This document shows positions 1-12,066 of a DNA stretch of 64,000 nucleotides, in pieces. Position 1 is the first letter of the stretch. Each line of letters opens with the position of its first letter. The stretch comes from Octopus vulgaris (taxonomy: Eukaryota). The notes under the pieces are model-generated. The model was given only the letters and a program-made list of their open reading frames with translations. It was not told the origin of the DNA and ran no database searches. Where the stretch lies: NCBI GenBank assembly GCA_951406725.2, contig OX597823.1:95914001-95978000 (forward strand). The letters run 5' to 3'. The translations under genes were made by a program, and so were the position numbers.

Positions 1-10
1 CAAATATAGT

Positions 11-50
<40 letters not shown>

Positions 51-53
<3 letters not shown>

Positions 54-212
54 AGAGTTTACAAAAAAAAACAAAAGACGAAGACAGGTAGTGTACAAAA
101 CAAACAGATGTATCAGTATAACGCTCAGGGATAGAAAAAGTCTTTTACGTTTCGAGCCTACGCTCTTCTACAGAAAAAACAAGGAGAGAAAAAAAATGTG
201 TAGTGGCTAACG
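51..212 (-). mobile_element. Penelope-like element terminal (pLTR-like) fragment with degenerate hammerhead-like motif
   Basis: Minus strand 180-140 reads GTTTTTT CTGTAGAA GAGC-GTAG-GCTC GAAA CGTA AAAGAC, the layout of the minimal hammerheads found in Penelope-like termini. It abuts a (TA)n run. Confidence 0.5.
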
Positions 213-372
213 ATCTCTCTCTCTATATATGTGTGTGTGTGTGTGTGTACTGCATGTATATAAATATGGCCGCAGTCTAATGACTGAACAAGTAAAATAA
301 TAAATATATGTAATACACAGACATACAAATATGTACTAGATACGAATAAATATATACACACAATGTGTGTGC

Positions 373-408
<36 letters not shown>

Positions 409-499
409 GCGTGCGCGCACGCAAATATGTATATATGTGCATAGAAGTGTGTATATAGATACACAGCCATACATTTTATGTATGTAAGCCACACATCGT

Positions 500-1373
500 T
501 ACATGTTAGTTTACAGAGAATTAATGGCAGCGAAGGGAGTGAAGCAGCTAAGGATGGAGAAATGGTTTTGCGATAAGAGCCGCTCTCTATTAGCATGTGG
601 CATCAGATGAGATCGGCATGCAATCTTTCTCTATCTCCACCCTATGGCTTTACAACCCTAGGCAGTAGTTTTCGGTCCTATGGGAAACGGTTTTCTTGGT
701 GTGTCGCACCACCGTTCTTCATTTGTCAAGTTAGTTGCCACTAGTCGTCACAGTGTTGTTGCATGTTGGATCTGTGTTCTGTCTGAAGCAAACTGCTGTT
801 TCGTTTCATTGATAATGTTTTGAACACTGGGAAATCTAGTCGTGGTTGCCTTGTGAATTCCAAGCCGCCATCAACATAAAATATGGTGGTGCCGGCGGTC
901 GTGGGTACCGTTACCTCTTCCTTCCATTCCTTCTGCTACTACAACTGTTGGTTCTCTTCTCTTTTACCAACTCACCATCTCTAAAATAGCTTCTTCACTC
1001 TCTTCCTTTATTTTATTTTCCTCTCTTTCTACGTTTCAAATCTTTCTTTGGCCTCTCTCTTTTTAATAATATTTGTCTTTAATTTTCGTAATTTTTCTTT
1101 TCTCTCTCTCTCTCTCTAACCCTGTATTTTCCTCTTCATCTTTTTATTCTGTCACACTTCCCCGCTTACATAATGGGTGTGTATGTATGTATGTCACCTC
1201 ACATCTCTACGCCTCACCATTCCTTCCTAATCACCAAAATTCCTCCTCTTCTAACCCTTTTTTCTAGTCCTCATAAGCTTCCCATCTCTATAGTTTCCAC
1301 GATTCTCTCTCTCTCCTCTCCATTTGTCTTTTTTTTTTCTTTCCTGCATCCTCTTATCTCATTCCTTTGGCTA

Positions 1374-1420
<47 letters not shown>

Positions 1421-3000
1421 ATATCTATCAAATACACACACAAGCTTTCTAGCCCCACCCCCCTCACACAACTCCTGAGCATCATTAAATCTGCCACTCA
1501 CACTCACTTTGTGCCCTCAACAATTCTCCTCATCTTTCCCACCAAACCCCATTCAGAAGATAAACCTGTGAAAGACAGAAAAATATGCGTTTTTTTTTGG
1601 TTTTTTTTTTCATGGTTTTATTCTTGTCAGCTATTTTTGCCTCTGCTTCTGACAAATTTCCTTCGGCTTTGTCAGAATTAATACGCCTCTGGATAAAATG
1701 TTTCTTTGTGTTTCCTCGAGATACGAGTCTGAATTTTTTTTATCTAGTACCCCCCCTCCTTTCTCTCCATAAAATACTAGTAATGTGTGTAATAAATATG
1801 CGTAATATGTGTGGCGTGTGTATATGTATATCTGTGTGTGTGTGTGTGAGAGAGAGAGAGATCATAGCTCTGTTTAGTTGTGAAAAACATTTGTTCATTT
1901 CCTATCCAATTTTATTCTGTTGAGGCTCTGTTGTTTTTTTTTTAAAGAAACGAGAAGGTACCCTTGTCTTGTTGCGGTTGAGCTTTCTTTCATTTTCCAC
2001 CTTGATTTCATAATCAATTATCGCCCAACCTCCAACACGCGCACCCGGCATTTATCTTTAATTCAAACAGATATTAGTAGCAAAGGCGGTAGTAGCAGCA
2101 GCAGCAGTAGTAGTTGTATTTTAATGTGGTATGAACAGTGTTGTTGTTGTGATGATGATGTTGGTTATGGTAATGAAAGGGCAACAATATCATAGATTAA
2201 ATACATCAGACAAAAATATAAGGCATCGATTCTGTTGTGAGCCTTTAAAAAAAAGAAGAAATTTTATTAACTGTTGGTTTTGGCCGTGAAGGTTTGTGGT
2301 TGTGGCCACCTTGCATGTCTGCAGAAGACTGGTTGTTGCTGCCACTGTGTTGTAGAGTATCGAAATCGGACAAGTTTCTCTTCTCGCTTCCCTTTCACCC
2401 TCCACTGTTGTGTAGATGGATGGATGGATGCATCTATGACGTATGTAGGCATTCGTGTAAGCGTGTGATAACGACGCATCTATTACACACGTGTGTATGT
2501 CAGCTGTGTGGTGTCGGAGAAAGGTTCTCTGCATTATATGCGTGTGTGGATTTCTGGTTTCCTTGATCTATGAAGTGTATTCACACAAACACATCGTGAA
2601 TAATCAGTACTGAAATATATAACGTTTTCATATATATATATATATTATATATATATATATATAATGTACACACACACCGAACTTGACGCACATTGTATCG
2701 TTTTGTGTACACACACGTCAGCTAAATTGCTAATATGACTGTTGTGTATATGATACAAGAGTTACAGGCCGATGCTTCGCATCTTTGTCACAGACCAATG
2801 CGATGCTTGATTTCTTTCTGCTGATCATCAACTACTGTACTAAATAAGACCATTGCAGTATTTAATTTCGTCACTTCTTGTGTTTTCATACGATTGTGGA
2901 CAAAATAAGTGCTGCTTATATGCATAGTACCCATTTATTACAAGACTTAGTACGCATTACCGGCGAAAATGGTGGCTTTATGCCTGAGGTAGCAGCATCC
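500..3000. promoter_or_regulatory. CpG-retaining, putative promoter/5' region
   Basis: Many CpGs in non-repeat sequence (e.g. gccggcggtcgtgg, acacgcgcacccgg, gataacgacgcatc), whereas unique sequence and old repeats downstream are visibly CpG-depleted. Judged by eye, not computed. Confidence 0.4.
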
Positions 3001-4040
3001 ATAGATAAGATGTCGTGCTGTGCTTAGTGAAATCCGTTTTAATTTCTGAATTTAAATCCTACCCTGGTTCGCCTTTGACTTTCAACTTTCAATGGTTAAT
3101 ATAAATACGAACTGAAGTAGTTTTAACTGACCCTTGGCCTCAATTTCAAGCCTGCATGTGCTCGGCTTCACCCAGAGCTTCCTGAAAAACTTACCTTATT
3201 AACCATTGTAAGAATGCAATGCCTCATTTTTTAAGTTGAGACTCAGTTGTCAGGAATCTATATGGGGTCGTTTGACCTATTGGAAATAGCAGTCAAATAT
3301 CATAGGCAAACGTCTGGATGGTTACGGTTGGAATGTCGTTAATTATAAGTCTGTTCAGTGAATGTTAACCCAGGGCTAAAATCCTGGCTGACTTCTGTCT
3401 GCCACAGGTCAATCATATGTAATTAATTGATTGCACTCCTTACTCTGATTAAAATAATTAGCCTTGCGCTTGGTCAAAAGAAATTATCGATCACTGAATT
3501 AGGAACGAGGCCTAGATTATTATAAAGAACCTGAATGAAATTCTGTGGCGGCGTGTACATGGCCCTCTTAATTGCTTTATTGAAACGTGGTATTGTTTAG
3601 CTTTGAGAAAATACACTTGATCTCAGACGTTCCAGCTCTGACCATCTCGCCTCTTTTTGAAACATTATCTAGGACTATTATCCAATCTATTCTTAGATAT
3701 ATAACTATTTTTTTTCCCAACATATCAATTGTCTACAAGATTTGAATAATGTGTTGCTGTGTGTGTGTGTGAGAGAGAAAGAGAGGAGGGGGTTGTTGAA
3801 CTCGAAGAATTTCAGGTGTTGCAGCTAAAAAATTCCACAGTCTGCTATGACCTGAATTATTTCCAGTCTTCAGGTTTAACCTACCACAACCAGAAACCAA
3901 ACTGACAATTGCACTCCTGTAAAGAAGGCTTCGAACCAATCAATAAACAGATTTTTGTGTGAATTCCTGTCGCTGTACATCGTCGCCGTGTCAAAGTTCT
4001 TTGCAACTTTGGATCTGCTGAGCTGACACTTATAACAATG

Positions 4041-4082
<42 letters not shown>

Positions 4083-4226
4083 TCATTAATCTTTACATTC
4101 TGAGTTCAAATTCCGTTGAGGTCACTTGGCCTTTCATCTTTTCGGTATCATAAAAGTACCAGTTGCATAACGGTGCCGATGTAATCGACATATCCTCTCC
4201 TCCGAAATTGCTGGCTTTGTGTCGAA

Positions 4227-4258
<32 letters not shown>

Positions 4259-4399
4259 CCCTTTGTCTGGACTTTATTCCTCTTAGACAATACCACTATG
4301 ATGATGCTAATGATGGCTACCTATTCCTCATTTACTACCTGGTTTACTGCGCTTCTCTTACTCTCTCCCTCTTATCGAAATTTAAATCCCTACCCTTTT

Positions 4400-4835
4400 C
4401 TATTCTACATACAAACTCTCTCTCTCTCTCACCTGTTCTCTTTTATCTCATCCCTTTCCCTTCTCCTCCCCCTCCTTTCACTCATTCTTTGTTTTATCAC
4501 TCACTGCCTCTCCCTCTCCCTCTTTCGTTAACGTTTTCTGTCTTTTCCCTCTCTTTCCAATCCCCCCTCTCTCTCTGCTTTTCTTTTCTATCTTATCAAC
4601 CCTTTGTCTCTCGTTCGCCTATTACCTCTTCTCTCCGTTTTCACTCTTTCTTCTCTTTTCCCCCTCTCTGCTCATTCGTATTCTGTCTCCCTCTTCCCTT
4701 TCTCTCTCTCTCTCTCCATTCTCTTCACTCGTTCTTTTCCTCTTTTTTCTACTCATTCTCTTTCATATTCATTCAATCTCTTTCCTTCCCTGCCTCAGTC
4801 GGTCTCTTTTTCTCCTTCTTTTGCTCACAACTCTC
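4400..4835. repeat. Polypyrimidine (CT-rich) low-complexity tract
   Basis: Almost entirely C/T on the + strand with (CT)n runs. Confidence 0.85.
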
Positions 4836-5361
4836 TTATGGAAGAATCATGACTTGATTCGGATTTGTATTTTAATGTGGTTTATTATTATTATTATTCA
4901 TTCATTATATACACACGTGTTATACAGCTACCTTTGTTTCTACCGAATAAACTTAGACAACATACTTCTCTGTTATTCTGTGAACTCTGGTGTCCATGGA
5001 CCGCATTTACAACAACAATCATAAAACATAAGCCAGCTGCCGCCAGAGCGGTCTTTTTTTTTTTTTTTAACAATACCAGTTTTATCGGTTTTATATACAA
5101 TTGTAATAGGTATTAAATATTTTTTATGTGCAGCAAACATTATCTGATAGAGAACTCAACACACTGGGTAGAGTAGATGTGTGTATGATTGCGTATGCGC
5201 GCGTGCGTTTGACAAATCTCAGTCATAAAGCTGAGGTAGAAGACGCTTGCCCAAAGTGCCACACGATGGGATCGAACCTCGAACAACATTGTTGGGAAGC
5301 GAACTTCTTAACCTTATAGCTGTGTTTGTACCCATTCTATCTCACTTGTTCACACTCCTTG

Positions 5362-5364
<3 letters not shown>

Positions 5365-5407
<43 letters not shown>

Positions 5408-5692
5408 CTCACTTTCTCCATCACTCTATCTCTCTCATATTACTTCCTCCATCTCTCACTTTCTCTTCCAGTCCCTTGGCCCTCATAATTTCCCCTCTTT
5501 CCCCTCTTTCTATCGCTCCTCCTTTCTCTCCATCTCTCCTTTCTCTCACACGCATTGTACCCCACGCCTTCTCTCTATATCCATTGCTCTCTAATACCTC
5601 TAACTCTCTCTTTTCATCAGACTTACCCTCCCCTCTCTCTCCCTCAACGTTCTTCAATGCTTCACCCTCCCTCCCTCCTCTCTCTCCCACTC
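5365..5692. repeat. (CT)n microsatellite plus polypyrimidine tract
   Basis: Long (CT)n run followed by C/T-rich sequence. Confidence 0.85.
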
Positions 5693-6132
5693 CATCAGTC
5701 AGTGATCAGACTGGAGCAGTTCAACGTTATCGATTTCTAAAGAAAAATTCAGTTGTTGTTGTTGTTGTTGCAGGAGACTCAGCATGTTGGAATGGGAAGA
5801 ATTCTGCGATCGTTTGATGGGGGAACATTCCAATAGGAGCAAGTGAACCTGGCCAACGTGTAGCACTTAGTGCTCAGAGACATCTTGCACACTTGTTTAC
5901 GATAATAGCACGGCTTCTTCAATTATTTCCTTTTTTTTTTTTTTCCATACAAATACGAGCAAGAAGTACTTCGACGCCTCCTGGCTCCACGTCTCCTCTG
6001 CTGCTTTCGTATTTACTTTTGCTTTCTCTTTCTACACAAATGTGTGTGTGTGTATGTATATATATATATATATAGATGTGTGTATGCGCAGTTACACACA
6101 CAATCAGTAAACCCTGTTTGTGTGTATATTGT

Positions 6133-6671
6133 TGTTTTAGTCATGTCTGTGGCCATGCTGGAGCACCGTCATAACGGGTTTTAGTCGAAGAAATCGCCAC
6201 CAGGATTTATTCTTTGTAAGCCTGGTACTTATTCTATTGGTTTCTTTTGTCAAACCACTAAGTTATGAGGATGTAAACACACCAGCATCAGTTTTCAAGC
6301 GATGGTGGGGGAGGACAAACACACACACACAGATATATATATATACACACATACATATATTATCAATAATAATAAAGGGTAAAATTAATTAATTAATAAT
6401 TTTACCAAGTAGTTTGGTATGTTAAAAGAACCATTATTGGTAATCTTATACAAAAATTCTATAATTATGAGTATAATTATAGAATTTTTGTATATACATA
6501 TATATATATGACAGGCTTCTTTCAGTTTCTATCTACTAAATCCAGTCACAAGGCTTTGGTCAGCCCAAGGCTATAGTAGAAGACACTTGTCCCAGGTGCC
6601 ACACAGTGGGACTGAACCTAGAATCATGTAGTTGGGAAGCAAGCATCTTACCACACAGGCACGCCTGCACC
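6133..6671 (-). mobile_element. tRNA-derived SINE family A, full length, with an insertion in its central microsatellite
   Basis: Reverse complement matches the intact copy at 47374-47799 (head GGCGTGCCTGTGTGGTAAG...GGTTCAGTCCC, tail GGTGCTCCAGCATGGCCAC). Extra ~130 bp at 6362-6494. Confidence 0.85.
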
Positions 6672-6721
6672 TCTAAAATGGAAAAATGAAAGTGATGTAT
6701 CATATATATTTATTTATGTGT

Positions 6722-6878
6722 GTGGTGTGTTTATGTCCCCGTAACTTAGCGGTGTGACAAAAAAGACCAATAGAATAAGTACTGGGCTTTCAAAGAATGA
6801 GTCCTGGGTTCGATTTGTTTGACTAAAGGTGGTGCTCCAGCATGGCCGCAGTCAAATGACTGAAACAAGTAAAAGAAT
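6722..6878 (+). mobile_element. SINE family A, 3' half
   Basis: ggtgtgtttatgtccccgtaacttagcgg...ggtgctccagcatggccgcagtcaaatgactgaaacaagtaaaaga matches the family tail. Confidence 0.85.
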
Positions 6879-6884
6879 ATAATA

Positions 6885-7498
6885 TATCTATAAGTAAATA
6901 AATGGAGTTAAACGCAAGTATTATTCAAATTCTTTTACTTCTGACATATGTTTCGAAATGTTTTATATTCTATTTCTCAAAGAACCCCTTTGTAAACACG
7001 TTTATAGAACGTGTTTATCATTGCAAACATTGGCAGAAACATACCTTTAGTTCCTATAAGTGATTTCTACTATTCTATAAAATTTGACCTTTGATTGTCT
7101 TCTTACATTTCACTACCACTAAATATATCAAATTCCATGCTTTTAAATTTTATTCTAATTTACCCGTCGTTCTATATTTCTCCACTATTAGTTTTCTGCT
7201 AATTTCTTTCCTTCTCCTCCTTCTCTTTCTATATGCTATCTTTGACTTTATATCTACTAACGGTTTAAAAAAAAAAAAGTTAATAGCGTTCCATTCATGA
7301 TCATATGCAGTCATCACATTCTGATAAAATGTCTTATTGATGTGTTTGGTTTCTTTCTTTCCCTGATGAGAAGATTGTATTGTTTTACACCATTTTATTC
7401 CTTTTGAAATAATGCCAATGTTGTCTTCGAAACGTATGTTGGAAGTAAAAGAATTTGAATCACACATGCGTTCAACTCCATTTATTTATTTATCTATA
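6885..7498. mobile_element. Penelope-like remnant with inverted termini
   Basis: Imperfect ~63-bp inverted repeats at 6895-6957 and 7426-7488. Each carries the GAAAC-RTAT-GTY hammerhead 3' half facing outward. Confidence 0.6.
7357..7445 (+). ncRNA. Type I hammerhead ribozyme fold (Penelope/retrozyme-like, minimal stem III)
   Basis: Stem I CTTTCC/GGAAG; core CTGATGA at 7363-7369; stem II GAAGAT..GTATTGTTTT / GAAATAATGC..GTCTTC; GAAA at 7429-7432; stem III AC-GTAT-GT; cleavage triplet GTT at 7438-7440. Confidence 0.65.
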
Positions 7499-7720
7499 TT
7501 ATACGAAACATTTAATTTAAACCTGGAGTTTCTTCCTTTACATATAGGTTGTTACATCCTTGTTACTTGTGTGAATTTTTGCTACCCTGGTAACTGTTTA
7601 TTTATTTTTTCTGTGTTATTTGTAAACACTAAAAAAACACACACACATTTATATATGTTTGTGCTGGTTTTAGCTGCTAGTATTGTGAGTTCTAGGAAAC
7701 TAGTGTGTGTGTGTAATATC

Positions 7721-8070
7721 TTTTGTTTCAGTCAGTAGGCTGTGGCCATACTGGGGCACTGCCTCGACGGGTTCTAGTCTTGCAAATCAAAACCAGTACA
7801 TTTTTAAGTCTGAAACTTATTCTGTTGGTCTCTTTTGCTGAACCACTATGTTATGGGAGTGTAAACAAACCAACTTCAGTAGTCAAATGATGGGATGGAC
7901 ACACACACATACACATATAATGGGCTTCTTTCAGTTTCCATCTACCGCATCCACTCTCAAGATTTTGGTCGACTCAGGGCCATAGTTGAAAATATTTACT
8001 CAAAATGCAGCAGTAGAATTGAACCTGAAATCTTGGGGTTGGGAAGCAAACCTCTTACCACACAGCCATA
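7721..8070 (-). mobile_element. SINE family A, diverged full copy
   Basis: Colinear reverse-complement match to the family A head, body and tail. Confidence 0.8.
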
Positions 8071-8702
8071 CGTACTTCTGTATTCATAAATTCTCTAGCT
8101 ATGATGAGCTTGTGTGAAAGAGAAGTGCCACTTTTGCATGGCCACGGCTTCAGGCTGAGAATTGCACTTCACTCCTCTCAAAAGTTGTTCTCGAACCTCT
8201 TTCCCCTGCATAGACACTCCCATACTAGTCATAAATATAAGCACGCACGCACACAGTCAGTCGAGGGTCAAGGTGGGGATGGGGACGTAAAGTCGGTAAG
8301 AGGAATGGGTGTGATGAGCTATTATTATGCATAGTGAGGTATTAAGAGTCACATTGGCCTCTAAGAATACTAAGAGTCACACACCTATGATGAGGAGGAG
8401 GAGGAAGAGACAAAAAAGAAAAACAACAGTAAATAAACCAGGAAAATAATGGAAATGAATTAATTAGGCTTAAGGAGTAGGAGGGTTGTGTGTGTATGCT
8501 ATCTCATGTCAGTATACATATACATAAAAATATGCATGTGTGTATATGCAAATATGTACTTAGATGTACATGTGCATACACAAACGTGTGGCAATTGTAA
8601 GTTCTGAATCATTTGGTGCGTGTGTGTGTGTGTGTGTGCGACCATATATTCATACCATGCACATAATATGCATGTGCACACACATGTGTGTGTGTGTGTG
8701 TG

Positions 8703-8741
<39 letters not shown>

Positions 8742-8863
8742 AGTATACACACACACAAATATATTGTAAAATGCCATAAGTCTTGAATGATAAACTAATA
8801 TTGCACTGCTGTAGAGGCAAGTATATTCACACACACTGTGTAGAAATATAACAGATACTTAAA

Positions 8864-9142
8864 AGCCTTGAGTGGATTTGGGGGACAGAAACTGAAAGAA
8901 GCCTGTCATGTGTATGTATACATACATACATATGTGTGTGGGAGTGTATGTTTGTGTGTGTTTGTCCCTCTCCCCCACCATCGCTTGACCACTGATGCAG
9001 GTGTGTTTATGCCCCCGTAAATTAGCAGTTCAGCAAAAGAGACTGATAGAATAAGTACTAAGCTTACAAAGAATAAGTCCTGGGGTTGATTTGCTCGACT
9101 AAAGGCGGTGCTTCAGCATGGTCACAGTCGAATGACTGAAAC
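8864..9142 (+). mobile_element. SINE family A, 5'-truncated
   Basis: aaagccttgagtggatttgg...gaaactgaaagaagcc...ggcggtgcttcagcatggtcacagtcgaatgactgaaac. Confidence 0.8.
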
Positions 9143-9889
9143 ATTTTGCTATCAATATGACCTAATTAACTGATTCTTGCATATGTACATACAAGAAGAA
9201 TCAGTGGGGCAATGAGAGGCCAGTAGGAACTAGATAAGGAGAGGAGGTTTGTACTAAGAAATAGGATGGGCCTGGCCCACATAGATGTATGTGAGCACTT
9301 GAGGCTGTATGGCTATAAAGTTCACTTCTGCATGGTTTCAGGTGCCGTACTGTGGACAAGTGTCTTTTACTATAACCTCAGGCTGACTAATACCTTGGGA
9401 GTGAATTTGGTGGATGGAAACTGTTTGAAGCCAACTATTTGTATGTGTGGGTTTGTGTGAATGTTTGCGTGCACCTTGCATGGAAAAGGGCCGAATTAGT
9501 GATGGCAATGTTTGTTGGTATTTCCCTGTCTACTCATTGTCTGCTATGCACTTTCAAAAGTAAGTTGAATGTAAACTTTCTTGAAAAATTAGTGTTAGCA
9601 ACAGGAAGAGCACCCAGCTGTAAAAACATCTCAGTGATGTATATGTATCTAACCCTTGCTAGCATGGACAAAAAGATGTATAATGAAGAAATATATGTTT
9701 GAAGCTCCACCAAAGCTATAGAGGGATACACAGGCACTTGACTATGAGTGCTTTGCATTTATAGCAGAAACAGCTGTAAGCTAATGGAGGTCTTGATATT
9801 CATGACATAATTTTTTGTTGTGAAGCATGTTCTAACACCAGGTTATTAGTATTTCTATGCTTAATCATAATAATAATTATATATTTGTG

Positions 9890-10190
9890 TGTGTGGCACC
9901 TTGGGCAAGTGTCTTCTACTATAGCCTTTGGCCAACCAAAGCCTTGTGAGTGAATTTGGTAGATGGAAACTGAAAGAAGCCCATTGTGTGTATGTATACA
10001 TACATACGTGTGTTTGTGTTTGTCCCCCCCCCCCCACCATCGCTTGACAACCGATGCTGGTGTGTTTATGCCCCCGCAACTTAGCAGTTCAGCAAAAGTG
10101 ACTGATAGAATAATTACTAAGCTTACAAAGAATAAGTTCTGGGGTTGATTTGCTCGCAGTCAAATGACTGAAACAAGTAAAAAAAAGAAA
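9890..10190 (+). mobile_element. SINE family A, 5'-truncated
   Basis: gtggcaccttgggcaagtgtcttctactatagcc...gcagtcaaatgactgaaacaagtaaaa. Confidence 0.85.
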
Positions 10191-10674
10191 ATATATATTT
10201 ATATTTGTGTGTGTGTACACATGCAGACATGGTTGTGCGGTTACGAAGCTTGCTTCTCAAATTCTTGGTTTTGTGTTCATCTCACTGTGCAGCCCCTTAA
10301 GTGTCTTCTGCTATAAGCTCTTAACCAGTCATTGCATTGTGAATGAATGTTGTAGATGGAAATTGGAGGAAGCCCAATGTATCTAGATGGGGGGAGGGAT
10401 GTGTTTTGTGTTCAGATCTGCATAACTGTTGACATCCTCCCATGGGTTTATTTGAGCAAAATGGTGATTATAATGTGTCCATTCCTTGTTGATATTGCAA
10501 CTAGTCATTCTGTGTTTTTAGAGACCTTTGGAATAAAAATTTGTTTGCTTGAACAAGAGGTAATGGTTTGTGACAGGAAGAGCATCCAGTTATAAATACT
10601 ACCTAAAACACTGCTGGAATGGGAAAAAAAACTGATATTAAATGCTCATAAACGCATGCATCTCTACATATGTG

Positions 10675-12066
10675 CGTGTGTGTGTGTATATATACATATA
10701 TATGTATGTGTATCTATATATATATATATGTATGTGTATCTATATATATGTATGCGTATCTATATATATGTATGTGTATATATATATGTATGTATATATA
10801 CATACATATATGTATGTGTATATATGTATGTATATATACATACATATATGTATGTGTATATATATATGTATGTATATATACATACATATATGTATGTGTA
10901 TATATGTATGTATATATACATACATATATGTATGTGTATATATATATGTATGTATATATACATACATATATGTATGTGTATATATATATATGTATGTATA
11001 TATACATACATATATGTATGTGTATATATATATATGTATGTATATATACATACATATATGTATGTGTGTATATATATATGTATGTATATATACATACATA
11101 TATGTATGTGTGTATATATATATGTATATATACATACATATATGTATGTGTGTATATATATATGTATGTATATATACATACATATATGTATGTGTGTATA
11201 TATATATGTATGTATATATACATACATATATGTATGTGTGTATATATATATGTATGTATATATACATACATATATGTATGTGTGTATATATATATATGTA
11301 TGTATATATACATACATATATGTATGTGTGTATATATATATGTATGTATATATACATACATATATGTATGTGTGTATATATATATGTATGTATATATACA
11401 TACATACATATATGTATGTGTGTATATATATATGTATGTATATATACATACATACATATATGTGTGTGTATATATATATGTATATATACATACATATATG
11501 TGTGTGTATATATATATGTATGTATATATACATACATATATGTATGTGTGTGTGTATATATATATGTATATATACATACATATATGTGTGTGTATATATA
11601 TATGTATGTATATATACATACATATATGTATGTGTGTATATATATATATGTATGTATATATACATACATATATGTATGTATATATACATACATATATGTA
11701 TGTGTGTATACATATATGTATGTATATATACATACATATATGTATGTGTGTATACATATATGTATGTGTATATACATATATGTATGTATATATATACATA
11801 TATGTATGTATGTATACATATATGTATGTGTGTATACATATATGTATGTATATATACATACATATATGTATGTGTGTATACATATATGTATGTATATATA
11901 CATACATATATGTATGTGTGTATATATATATATGTATGTATATATACATACATATATGTATGTGTGTGTATATATATATATGTATGTATATATACATACA
12001 TATATGTATGTGTGTATATATATATGTATGTATATATACATACATATATGTATGTGTGTATATATG
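10675..12066. repeat. ~1.4-kb compound TA/TG/CA microsatellite with higher-order ~40-46 bp unit
   Basis: Near-strict purine/pyrimidine alternation with recurring unit tatatatgtatgtatatatacatacatatatgtatgtgtg. This explains the six 430-480 aa pseudo-ORFs. Confidence 0.95.

Noticed and set aside
862-890. YY1-like motifs (gccgccatc, aaaatatggtgg)
   Set aside because: Imperfect matches, too short to support a call.
1647-1677. 10-bp inverted repeat ttctgacaaa...tttgtcagaa
   Set aside because: Short enough to arise by chance in AT-rich DNA; no supporting context.
4163-5817. Long L/S/F/P-rich ORFs (122-212 aa)
   Set aside because: Produced by polypyrimidine tracts that lack stop codons.
5783-5846. 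Short ATG-initiated ORFs as candidate FMNL first exon
   Set aside because: They terminate in stops, have no suitable donor site and show no similarity to FMNL N-termini.
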